From assembly GCA_934098745.1 (NCBI GenBank), contig CAKOPG010000001.1, positions 36,441 through 100,440 of the forward strand: 64,000 nucleotides of DNA. The letters run 5' to 3'. The first letter of the stretch is position 1, and every line of letters starts with the position of its first letter. The stretch comes from an uncultured Bacilli bacterium. Lineage in GTDB: Bacteria > Bacillota_I > Bacilli_A > RF39 > UBA660. The position numbers and the translations under genes were made by a program. Below the pieces are notes generated by a model. The model worked only from the letters and a program-made list of their open reading frames with translations. It was not told the origin of the DNA and ran no database searches. Below are positions 10,120 through 18,895 of this stretch, in pieces.

Positions 10120-10452
10120 ATGAATAAACGTGGTCAAGCATTAGTTGAATTTGTCCTTATATTACCACTATTTATATTTTTAGTAATGGTTGTGTATGAT
10201 TTTGGAATGATATATACGAAAAAAAATACTTTAGAAAATAAGAGTAATGATATACTAGAGTTATATAGAAATGGTAAGAGTATAGCTGATATTTCTTTAT
10301 TATATCCCGATGTATTTATAGACTTTTCAGTAATAGATGATTATGAAAAAATTACAATATCTACGAATATAAAAACAATAACTCCAGGATTAAATAGAGT
10401 ATTTGGAAATCCTTATAAGATAGAAGTAGTGAGGTATATTCCAAATGAATAA
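10120..10452 (+). CDS. TadE-like pilus assembly protein / pseudopilin
   Basis: N-terminal MNKRGQALVEFVLILPLFIFLV matches the TadE G/xxxxEF class III leader. RBS AGGGGTGG. The ORF-track start at 10111 is an upstream GTG. Confidence 0.7.
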   Translation: MNKRGQALVEFVLILPLFIFLVMVVYDFGMIYTKKNTLENKSNDILELYRNGKSIADISLLYPDVFIDFSVIDDYEKITISTNIKTITPGLNRVFGNPYKIEVVRYIPNE

Positions 10453-10816
10453 TAGAGGACAGAGTTTAGTTTTATTTGTATTAGTCATACCAATAATATT
10501 ACTCATATTAGTAATGGTTGTAGATATAGGAAAGATGGTTTTGAAAAAGACAGAGATGGATAATATTAATAAACTTGCTATTTCGTATGGGCTTGATAAG
10601 ATAGATAGTGATCCATATAAAATTATTAATGATATTATAAGTAAGAATAATAGTGATATAAATATTAAAAAGATAGATATTAAAGATGAAAAAATAGAAG
10701 TAAAGTTAGAAGAAGAAGTTAAATTTATTTTGTTTAAGAATAGTAATTTGGTTAAAATTAATTCAAATTATATTGGATATATAGATAATAATAAAAAAGT
10801 TATCGAAAGAAATTAG
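10445..10816 (+). CDS. TadE/TadG-like pilus assembly protein, second copy
   Basis: N-terminal MNNRGQSLVLFVLVIPIILLIL is similar to TadE leaders but has Leu where the +5 Glu is expected. Confidence 0.55.
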   Translation: MNNRGQSLVLFVLVIPIILLILVMVVDIGKMVLKKTEMDNINKLAISYGLDKIDSDPYKIINDIISKNNSDINIKKIDIKDEKIEVKLEEEVKFILFKNSNLVKINSNYIGYIDNNKKVIERN

Positions 10817-10825
10817 GTGAAAGTT

Positions 10826-11599
10826 ATGAATGAAAAGGGTAAGATAGTGACAATTTCATCAGTTAAGGGTGGGGTTGGTAAGACGACATTAGTACTTAAT
10901 TTAGCTGGATTATATTTTCTTATGAAGAAGAAAGTTTTAATAATTGATTTAGATTTGTATGCAGGGGGAGTAGCTACTTGTTTAAATATTAATAATAAGA
11001 GAGATATATATATGCTTGTAGATGCTCTTAGTAATAATAAGTCTGTATCTTTAAGTGATTACGTAACGGCTTATAATAGTGGTATTAGTGTCTTAGCAAA
11101 TCCAAAAGATCCACGTGATGTTTCAAAAATGGAAAGTAAATACTTAATGCAGATATTTGATTTAGCTAAAAGTGAATACGATGTGGTGTTGGTAGATACT
11201 TCACATTCACTTGATGAAACTTGTTTAGTAGCATTGGATGCTTCAAATTGTAGTGCTTTTGTGATTACTAATGATTTAGTAGATTTAAAGAATATGAAGA
11301 GTTTAGTTAGTATTTTTAAGGAAATGGATAAAGAGAATTATAAGATAGTTTTAAATAATTCTAGAGATACTGGAAGAGATTATATAAGTTTGTTTGATAT
11401 TAGAAATATGATTAAGAGAAATGTTGATTATACGATATCTAGAAATTTTTATATAAAGAATATAGATAAATATGTTTTAAATGGAGAAATATTAACGCTT
11501 AATAAATTTATTACAAGGTTTAATGGGGCAGATATTGCTAATATGAATAAATTGGCTCTTTCCTTGATCAATTATAGTGAGGAGGGAGAAAATGAGTAG
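10826..11599 (+). CDS. CpaE/TadZ-like ParA/MinD-family ATPase
   Basis: Deviant Walker A SSVKGGVGKTT. RBS AGGTGA. The ORF-track start at 10817 is an upstream GTG. Confidence 0.7.
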   Translation: MNEKGKIVTISSVKGGVGKTTLVLNLAGLYFLMKKKVLIIDLDLYAGGVATCLNINNKRDIYMLVDALSNNKSVSLSDYVTAYNSGISVLANPKDPRDVSKMESKYLMQIFDLAKSEYDVVLVDTSHSLDETCLVALDASNCSAFVITNDLVDLKNMKSLVSIFKEMDKENYKIVLNNSRDTGRDYISLFDIRNMIKRNVDYTISRNFYIKNIDKYVLNGEILTLNKFITRFNGADIANMNKLALSLINYSEEGENE

Positions 11600-12920
11600 T
11601 AATGGAACATTATTAAGAGAGTTTAATGTTAAGAAAAAGGAAAAAGAAGTAGTTGATGTTAAAGATTATGAAGTATTTTCGGATAAAGAAAAACTAGATG
11701 AACTTAGAACTAAGATTGTACAGAATTTAATCAATAATAAGATACCACAAAATGTTTCTTTGGAACAATATATTAACGATGAGATAGATGAAGTATTACA
11801 AGATTATGAACTTGGTTCGATGGAACGTAATCATATATGTAATTTAATTCAGAATGAAATAAATGGTTATGGACCGTTGACAGATTTACTTAATAATGAT
11901 ACGGTTACTGAAATAATGGTTAATGGAACAAATGAGATATATGTTGAAGTAGATGGTAAGCTTGTTAAAGATGAGTCAGTATCTTTTATTAATGATGAAC
12001 ATATAATTAGAACTGTTCAACGAATAGTTCAACCTTTAGGAAGAACGATAGATGCAGTTAATCCAATGGTAGATGCAAGACTTAGAGATGGTTCAAGACT
12101 TAATGCGATTATTCCACCATTATCTTTAAAGGGACCAGTAGTAACTATAAGAAAATTTTCAAAGCAGATGAATAGTATTGATGATTTGCTTCGTATGGGA
12201 ACAATGACGGCCCATATGGCCCAGTTTTTACAAGCCTGTGTTAGAGCAAAATTAAATATAATTATATCTGGAGGTACTGGTAGTGGTAAGACAACGTTGT
12301 TAAATATTTTGAGTGGTTTTATTGATGATGAGGAAAGAATTATTACTATTGAAGATGCGGCAGAATTAAAACTTCATCAATCACATGTTATTTCTCTTGA
12401 AACTAGAATGGTTAATTATGAGGGTGAAGGAGAAATTACAATTAGAGATTTAGTTAGAAACTCTTTAAGAATGAGACCTGATAGAATAATTGTTGGAGAA
12501 GTAAGAGGAAAAGAATCTTTTGATATGTTACAGGCTATGAATACTGGACATGAAGGTTCTATTACAACATTACATGCTAATAGTCCAGAAGATGCGATTA
12601 ATAGACTTGAGACGATGATGCTGATGAATGATATGGAACTGCCAGTTAGTGCTATAAGAAATTATATAGAAAAGGCTATTAATATAGTTATTCAGATAGA
12701 AAGACTTAGTGATGGTAAAAGAAAGATTACTTCGATTGAAGAAGTAGTAGGCTTTAAGGATGATAAAGTTTCTTTAAAAGAAATATTCTCATTTAAAGAA
12801 ACGGGAGTTAGTAATCAGGGAAATGTTATTGGAGAATTTGTGGTTTATAAACGTGTACCAAAGGTATATGATAAAATTAAAAGAAAAGGAATTGTTTTAG
12901 ATAATATATTTGGTGAATAA
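11592..12920 (+). CDS. cpaF: CpaF/TadA secretion ATPase (VirB11/GspE superfamily)
   Basis: Walker A ISGGTGSGKTTLLN; Walker B IIVGEVRG; His box TLHANS. RBS GAGGAGGGAG. Overlaps the upstream gene by 8 nt. Confidence 0.85.
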   Translation: MSSNGTLLREFNVKKKEKEVVDVKDYEVFSDKEKLDELRTKIVQNLINNKIPQNVSLEQYINDEIDEVLQDYELGSMERNHICNLIQNEINGYGPLTDLLNNDTVTEIMVNGTNEIYVEVDGKLVKDESVSFINDEHIIRTVQRIVQPLGRTIDAVNPMVDARLRDGSRLNAIIPPLSLKGPVVTIRKFSKQMNSIDDLLRMGTMTAHMAQFLQACVRAKLNIIISGGTGSGKTTLLNILSGFIDDEERIITIEDAAELKLHQSHVISLETRMVNYEGEGEITIRDLVRNSLRMRPDRIIVGEVRGKESFDMLQAMNTGHEGSITTLHANSPEDAINRLETMMLMNDMELPVSAIRNYIEKAINIVIQIERLSDGKRKITSIEEVVGFKDDKVSLKEIFSFKETGVSNQGNVIGEFVVYKRVPKVYDKIKRKGIVLDNIFGE

Positions 12921-12921
12921 G

Positions 12922-13068
12922 ATGAATGGTACTAGTAGATATAAAATGATTAGTTATATATCTTTATTGTTAATTATATGTGTATGCTCATTTTTAGTAG
13001 CGAAATATATTGTTAGAGAAGGTATTGATAATAGTAAGATACCGGTTGATACGAGTGAAAGAATATAA
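12922..13068 (+). CDS. Small single-pass membrane peptide (48 aa), not in the ORF track
   Basis: ATG 1 nt after the cpaF stop, with GGTGA upstream. Translation MNGTSRYKMISYISLLLIICVCSFLVAKYIVREGIDNSKIPVDTSERI. No G/xxxxEY Flp motif. Confidence 0.3.
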   Translation: MNGTSRYKMISYISLLLIICVCSFLVAKYIVREGIDNSKIPVDTSERI

Positions 13069-13084
13069 ATAGGTGGTGATAATT

Positions 13085-14077
13085 GTGGATAAAAAATTAT
13101 TGATTGTTTTTATACAGATAATATTGGTATTTTTAGTGGTAACAATTATCACTTTGTTTATTAGACTTAATAATGCTGTTAAGTTAGAAAAGAGAATATC
13201 TAGATATAGTGTTAAGTATAGTAAAGATTATGAAAATTTATCTTTATTTGATAAATGGTTTGTAAAGTATATAAAATTTGTTAAGATGCAAAGAAAAAAA
13301 ATGAAGAAGTTATTTCCAACATTAATAAAAAGATATGATAAATATGTAGTTAGTTCTTCAGTAAAAGCCGTTGATTATGTAACACATAAGGTGATTTTAG
13401 CAATTATATTTGTAATTTTAACAATTATAGGAAATGCTATTCAAGGAAGGTTTATTACTATTTTACAAATTATAGTTAGTCTTTTATTTGGATTTTTCTC
13501 ATTAGATTTATTTTTGATAATTAGACATAGAGTTAATAAGAAGAAGATTGAAAATGATATGTTAAGAGCAGTTATTATTATGAATAATGCTTTTAAATCT
13601 GGAAAATCTACGATTCAGGCGGTAGAAATAGCGAGTAATGAATTACCCAAACCAATTAATTTTGAATTTAAAAAGATATATGATGAGATGAAATATGGAA
13701 TGTCTGTTGATACGGTATTTGATAGATTTGCTAGAAGAATTAATATAGAGGAGGCTGAATATTTATCTTCATCTTTAACAATACTTAATAGAACTGGTGG
13801 TAATATTGTTAAGGTTTTTGATTCAATAGAGAGAACTTTATTTGATAAAAAGAAACTGAAGGAAGAACTTAAGAATTCAACTTTAGTATCTAAATTAGTA
13901 GTAAGAATATTACTTATTGTACCTATTTTATTTGTACTTATTATTTATTTATTTGATCCGAATTATTTTGATCCATTCTTTGAAAGTACTCTCGGATATA
14001 TTATGTTAGGTATTATATTTATTATGTTTATAATATATGCATATTTACTTGATAGGATTGTGAAGGTGAATTACTGA
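13085..14077 (+). CDS. tadB: TadB-like (T2SSF-domain) pilus assembly membrane protein
   Basis: T2SSF-like core IQAVEIASNELPKPINFEFKKIYDEMKYGMS. The start is ambiguous: GTG at 13073, 13076 or 13085. GTG 13085 sits 5 nt after AGGTGGTGA. Confidence 0.7.
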   Translation: MDKKLLIVFIQIILVFLVVTIITLFIRLNNAVKLEKRISRYSVKYSKDYENLSLFDKWFVKYIKFVKMQRKKMKKLFPTLIKRYDKYVVSSSVKAVDYVTHKVILAIIFVILTIIGNAIQGRFITILQIIVSLLFGFFSLDLFLIIRHRVNKKKIENDMLRAVIIMNNAFKSGKSTIQAVEIASNELPKPINFEFKKIYDEMKYGMSVDTVFDRFARRINIEEAEYLSSSLTILNRTGGNIVKVFDSIERTLFDKKKLKEELKNSTLVSKLVVRILLIVPILFVLIIYLFDPNYFDPFFESTLGYIMLGIIFIMFIIYAYLLDRIVKVNY

Positions 14078-14775
14078 TGAATAAAGAAGATTTTATAAAT
14101 AGGTTATATAGTAAGAGTTATGTTAAGAAGATAAGTGATAAGGTAAAATTATTGGGAGTAGGTAATAAGTTAGATTATAAAGATTTAATAATAGGGAGAT
14201 TGTTATCTTCAGTAATATTATTTTTGTTTATTATTTATGCGAATAGATATGGGTATATAATAGCCCCAGTAGTAACAATTATATATCATTTTCTATTTAA
14301 TAAGATTGTTTTAGATGATAAGATAAAGAAAAGAGTAATTACGCTTGAAAATGAAGCTATGCATTTTTTTGAGGTTTTAACTTTATCATTAGAAACTGGT
14401 AGAAACTTAGTAGAAGCGATAGAAGTAACGACGAGAAATGTTAGTGGTATTTTATCAGATGAATTTAAAGAAGCAGTAAGAGAAGTAGGTTTTGGTAAGA
14501 GTTTGAATGAGGCTTTAAGAGATATGCAAGAGAGAATACCATCTGATACGATTAATAATATAGTTTTATCTTTAACACAAGCTAATTTATATGGTAATAG
14601 TATTATAGATAATTTATATCAACAAGTAGATTATTTAAGAGAAAAGAGAAAATTAGAAGTAAAGGGAAAGATTAGTAAGGTGCCTATTTTAATTAGTGTA
14701 ATATCAGTATTATTCTTTATACCACTTTTACTATTTATAATACTAGGACCAATTCTTTTAGATTATTTAAGTTAA
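14077..14775 (+). CDS. tadC: TadC-like (T2SSF-domain) pilus assembly membrane protein
   Basis: LETGRNLVEAIEVTT...GFGKSLNEALRDMQERIP. TGATG overlap with tadB. Confidence 0.7.
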   Translation: MNKEDFINRLYSKSYVKKISDKVKLLGVGNKLDYKDLIIGRLLSSVILFLFIIYANRYGYIIAPVVTIIYHFLFNKIVLDDKIKKRVITLENEAMHFFEVLTLSLETGRNLVEAIEVTTRNVSGILSDEFKEAVREVGFGKSLNEALRDMQERIPSDTINNIVLSLTQANLYGNSIIDNLYQQVDYLREKRKLEVKGKISKVPILISVISVLFFIPLLLFIILGPILLDYLS

Positions 14776-14841
14776 TATATAGAAAAAACTTGTAATAATT
14801 AAGAAATTTATGATAAGATAATTAAGTGAAGAGGTGATAAT

Positions 14842-15558
14842 ATGTCAGGACATAGTAAATGGTCAACAATCAAAAGAAAAAAGGGAGCTATAGATGCTGC
14901 TAGAAGTAAGGTTTTTCAGAAATTAGCTAAGGAATTATATGTTGCAGTTAAGGGAGGAGATCCAGATCCTGCTAATAACGCTAGCTTAAGAATGGTTGTT
15001 GAAAAATGTAAAAGTGAAAATATGCCAAAAGCAAATATCGAATCAGCAATTGCTAAAGCCGCTAGTAAGGGAGCAACAGATAGTTATGAGGCTATTAGGT
15101 ATGAAGGATATGGTCCTGGTGGTATTGCAATAATTATAGATTGTTTAACAGATAATAAAAATAGAACAGCTGGTTTTGTTAGAAGTACTTTAACTAAAAG
15201 AAATGGTAATTTAGGAACAGCTGGATCAGTTAGTTATATGTTTCATAGAAAAGGTTTAATTGTTTTAGAAGGACAATACGATGAAGATAAAATAATGGAA
15301 GATGTATTGGATCTTGATATTTTAGATGTTTCAGTAGATGAAGATGTTACAATATATACAGAACCAGATAAATTTTTGACAGTTAAGGATGCATTAGATA
15401 AAATGGGATATGATAAATATTTAATTAGTGAGGTAACTTTTATACCAGATAATTATATTTCTTTAGATGAAGCCACAAAAGAAAAAGCTATTTCTTTAAT
15501 TGAAGCTTTAGAAGATATCGATGATGTACAAGATGTTTATCATAATTTAGAGTTGTAG
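14842..15558 (+). CDS. yebC: YebC/PmpR family DNA-binding transcriptional regulator
   Basis: MSGHSKWSTIKRKKGAIDAARSK hallmark N-terminus. Confidence 0.9.
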   Translation: MSGHSKWSTIKRKKGAIDAARSKVFQKLAKELYVAVKGGDPDPANNASLRMVVEKCKSENMPKANIESAIAKAASKGATDSYEAIRYEGYGPGGIAIIIDCLTDNKNRTAGFVRSTLTKRNGNLGTAGSVSYMFHRKGLIVLEGQYDEDKIMEDVLDLDILDVSVDEDVTIYTEPDKFLTVKDALDKMGYDKYLISEVTFIPDNYISLDEATKEKAISLIEALEDIDDVQDVYHNLEL

Positions 15559-15566
15559 GTGAATAT

Positions 15567-15761
15567 ATGGAAAAAAGCTTAGATGAATACAGAAAAGAAA
15601 GAGATTTAATAATTGGAGAAATTGGGGAATTTGACGAAGAAGACTTTGTTAAATCAGGTATTTCTTTAGAAGAATATACGAATCCTTCAGCGGAAACAAT
15701 TAGTAAGTTAATTAAGTATGTTAAAGAAGAATATGATCAAACAACTATATATAGTGAATAG
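15567..15761 (+). CDS. Small acidic hypothetical protein, 64 aa
   Basis: ORF with a plausible RBS context; no recognisable motif. Confidence 0.35.
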   Translation: MEKSLDEYRKERDLIIGEIGEFDEEDFVKSGISLEEYTNPSAETISKLIKYVKEEYDQTTIYSE

Positions 15762-15800
15762 ATAGTAGATATAATACTATCTTTTTTCATATAATTAAGT

Positions 15801-16469
15801 ATGAGATTTAGAAGTTATAAAAAAAATAAATTAGGTGAATTTTTTTCTCGAGGAGTTATAATTATTTTCTTTGCGGTAGTAAGTGCTATTTTTGTGGTGA
15901 AGTATTTTTCTTCAAAGGTGGATAAGGTAATTGTACCAATGGCTGAAGATAAACTTAGAAAAGTAGTTACGACAATTATAAATGATTCGACAAATGATAT
16001 GAAGTTTGATGAAGATTTAATCAATATTAAAAAAAATGAAAAGCAAGAAATACAGATGGTTACTTATAATACTTACGAGGCTACGAAATTAATTAATGAA
16101 ATAACGGGTAATATTCAGAATAATTTAGAGAAATTTATGGAACATGAGGAGTCTTATTTGAATGGTTATATGATACAAGAAATTCCATATGGAGCAATAT
16201 TTAATAGTTCTTTTTTAAGAAATGTTGGGCCGAAGATTAAATTTAAAACAGAAATGAATGGAAGTATTATTAGTAATATAGAAACGGAAGTAAAACCATA
16301 TGGTATTAATAATGCTTATATAGAAACAAGGGTATTTTTAGAGGTTGAAGGAAGAATATATTTACCATTTGTTAGTAAAATTATTAGAATTAGTAATGTT
16401 ATTCCTCTTTCTATGAATATTGTACAAGGGGTAGTACCACAAGCTTATATTACTTCTTTTAAGCAATAG
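15801..16469 (+). CDS. Membrane-anchored protein, possibly YunB-like
   Basis: N-terminal TM, then EIPYGAIFNSSFL...YGINNAYIETRVFLEVEGRIYLP...VVP, reminiscent of the YunB family. Assignment is tentative. Confidence 0.35.
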   Translation: MRFRSYKKNKLGEFFSRGVIIIFFAVVSAIFVVKYFSSKVDKVIVPMAEDKLRKVVTTIINDSTNDMKFDEDLINIKKNEKQEIQMVTYNTYEATKLINEITGNIQNNLEKFMEHEESYLNGYMIQEIPYGAIFNSSFLRNVGPKIKFKTEMNGSIISNIETEVKPYGINNAYIETRVFLEVEGRIYLPFVSKIIRISNVIPLSMNIVQGVVPQAYITSFKQ

Positions 16470-16477
16470 AAAAGATG

Positions 16478-17257
16478 TTACCCTAGAGCAACATCTAAAA
16501 TCATCATAATGGAAAAACCAATAATTGTAAAAATAGCCATAAGTTCTTTTTTTTCGTTTGTTTGACTTTCAGGAATTAATTCGGAAACGACAACATATAT
16601 CATAGCTCCAGCAGCAAAAGCTAAAAAGACGGGAAGTAGGATTTGAACTTTTATGACGAGAATAGCTCCGATTACGCCGAAGATGGGTTCAACAATGGCC
16701 GATAATTGACCAAAGAAGAAAGCTTTTTTTCGAGACATTCCTTCGCGAAGAAGAGGAATTGAAACAGCGGTTCCTTCAGGAAAGTTTTGAAGTCCAATAC
16801 CAATTGCTAACATAATTGCAGATAAGGTTGTAGCCCCATTTAGAGCATAAAAGGTAGAACCAAAGGCAATACCGACAACCATTCCTTCAGGAATATTGTG
16901 AATGGTTATGGAAGAGATAAGCATTAAGACACGTTTATTTTTTTTACTTAATAATTTACTAAATATTTTATCGGCTAAAAGGAGTAATAATCCGCCACAA
17001 AAGAAACCAATAACAGGAATTAACCAAGGATTTAATCCTAAAGATTTACTAGTATCAATAGCGGGGGATAAAAGTGAGAAATAAGAAGAAGCAGTCATTA
17101 CACCAGCGGCAAATCCTAACATGGCATCCATAACATTTTTACTTATTTTTTTGAAGAAAAAGACTAAAGAAGCACCAAGAAGAGTAATAAAATAAGTAAA
17201 TGATGTTGCTATTAAAGCTTGATAAACATAGTTTAAATTAATGAACCAATTATACAT
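16478..17257 (-). CDS. zupT: ZIP-family zinc transporter
   Basis: HNIPEGMVVGIAFG and QNFPEGTAVSIPL motifs; polytopic membrane protein. Confidence 0.85.
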   Translation of the reverse strand: MYNWFINLNYVYQALIATSFTYFITLLGASLVFFFKKISKNVMDAMLGFAAGVMTASSYFSLLSPAIDTSKSLGLNPWLIPVIGFFCGGLLLLLADKIFSKLLSKKNKRVLMLISSITIHNIPEGMVVGIAFGSTFYALNGATTLSAIMLAIGIGLQNFPEGTAVSIPLLREGMSRKKAFFFGQLSAIVEPIFGVIGAILVIKVQILLPVFLAFAAGAMIYVVVSELIPESQTNEKKELMAIFTIIGFSIMMILDVALG

Positions 17258-17314
17258 AAATACACCTCATTTATAGTTTATGAGAATATTTATTTTTGGT
17301 TATTATATAGAGAA

Positions 17315-17899
17315 TTATTCTTCTAAATCTTTTAAATGAATATTCCAGTTTAAGATATGTTCATATATTTTTTCAACGGGCATACCTAAAATATTATAAT
17401 AACTACCTTCAATATTTTTAATGAAGTTTGAAACAATAGTTTCTACTAAAAAGCCAGATACATTCATAATATTTGGTTCATTTTGAATATAATAATCAAT
17501 ATCTTCTTTAGAAATCTTATTAAGAGTTAATTTAGTTTCTTGATAATCTTGAATTATTTCATTAGTTTCTTTATTAATAAGGGCTATTCCAGTAATAACA
17601 GAGGTGGTTTTACCAGAAGATATTTCTAAATTATGACGTGCTTCTTCAATAGTTTTGGGTTTTTCTAGAATAGTGTTATCAATATATACGATAGTATCTA
17701 CTCCTAAAATGATACCTTTATCAACCTTATCAATAATACTTTTAACTTTACCTAACGACAAATCTTTTACATATTGATAGACATTATCTTTATTTTCTGA
17801 GTATTCTTCAAAGGTATTATCAATTTTAGAATGTTTTATACCAACGATATTTAAAATATCATTTTTAATTTTAGAGGTACTTGCTAGTACTAGTTTCAT
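17315..17899 (-). CDS. maf: Maf-like nucleoside triphosphate pyrophosphatase
   Basis: N-terminal LVLASTSKIKNDIL resembles the Maf LILASxSPRR opening; 194 aa. Confidence 0.65.
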   Translation of the reverse strand: MKLVLASTSKIKNDILNIVGIKHSKIDNTFEEYSENKDNVYQYVKDLSLGKVKSIIDKVDKGIILGVDTIVYIDNTILEKPKTIEEARHNLEISSGKTTSVITGIALINKETNEIIQDYQETKLTLNKISKEDIDYYIQNEPNIMNVSGFLVETIVSNFIKNIEGSYYNILGMPVEKIYEHILNWNIHLKDLEE

Positions 17900-17983
17900 A
17901 TTATCACCTTCATTATTAATTATAACATAATATAATTGTAATTAATAACTAATTATGTTATATTTATTTGGGAAGTGATTATT

Positions 17984-18745
17984 ATGATTAGATATTCAGA
18001 AGAAAAAAAGGCTGTAATAAATCCTTGTAATTTTGTTAAGAAGATAGATAATATGCCTAGTATAGCAATAGCATGTTATTCACATATATTATTTAAAGAA
18101 ATAAGAGATAAGTATCATTTAAAAAAGATAGGTTCATTAGATTATACGGATATGAATAAGGAAATATATCAAATTTCATATAAGGGAGCAAATTATGCAG
18201 TATTTATGATGAGTGTAGGGGGACCAGCAGCAGCTACTTGTATTGAAGATATGCATGCTATGGGAGTTAAGAAATTTATTGTTTTTGGTAATTGTGGGGT
18301 ATTAGATAAAGAGATAGAAGATTTAGCAATAATTATTCCTAATAAAGCAATTAGAGATGAGGGGGTAAGTTATCATTATATTCCAGATAGTTTGGAAATA
18401 GAGGTCAATCAAAAATATGGTAATTTATTTAAAGAGTTATTAAATAAACTTAATTATAGTTATGTAGAGGGGAAGACTTGGACAACTGATGCTTTCTATA
18501 GGGAAACAAAAGAAAAAGTAGCATGGATGAAGGAACATGGAGCAAAGTGTGTAGATATGGAAGTGGCTTCTATTTCGGCGGTATGTCAATTTAGAAATAT
18601 TGATTTGGTAACTTTCTTTTATGCTGGAGATAATTTAGATAATGAGTATTGGGATAAGAGAAGTTTATCCGGTAGTGATAGGGTTGATGATAAGATAAGA
18701 GTTATGGATTTAGCTTTGGAATTAGCTAGTATAATAGAAGAATAA
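17984..18745 (+). CDS. Nucleoside phosphorylase, PNP/UDP family 1
   Basis: GNCGVL and VDMEVASI motifs typical of PNP/MTAP/UDP phosphorylases. The ORF-track start at 17975 is a GTG. ATG 17984 follows GGGAAGTGA. Confidence 0.6.
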   Translation: MIRYSEEKKAVINPCNFVKKIDNMPSIAIACYSHILFKEIRDKYHLKKIGSLDYTDMNKEIYQISYKGANYAVFMMSVGGPAAATCIEDMHAMGVKKFIVFGNCGVLDKEIEDLAIIIPNKAIRDEGVSYHYIPDSLEIEVNQKYGNLFKELLNKLNYSYVEGKTWTTDAFYRETKEKVAWMKEHGAKCVDMEVASISAVCQFRNIDLVTFFYAGDNLDNEYWDKRSLSGSDRVDDKIRVMDLALELASIIEE

Positions 18746-18895
18746 TCTATATATTACGTAGTCCCTTAGGGATAAAAAAATAAAAAGTTTTATTATAATG
18801 ATAAGACTTTTTTTACGTATAGTTAATAAAATTGACAAAGAAATAAATATCTAATATTATTAAGATGTCTAACTTTCATATTAATATGGAGGAAT

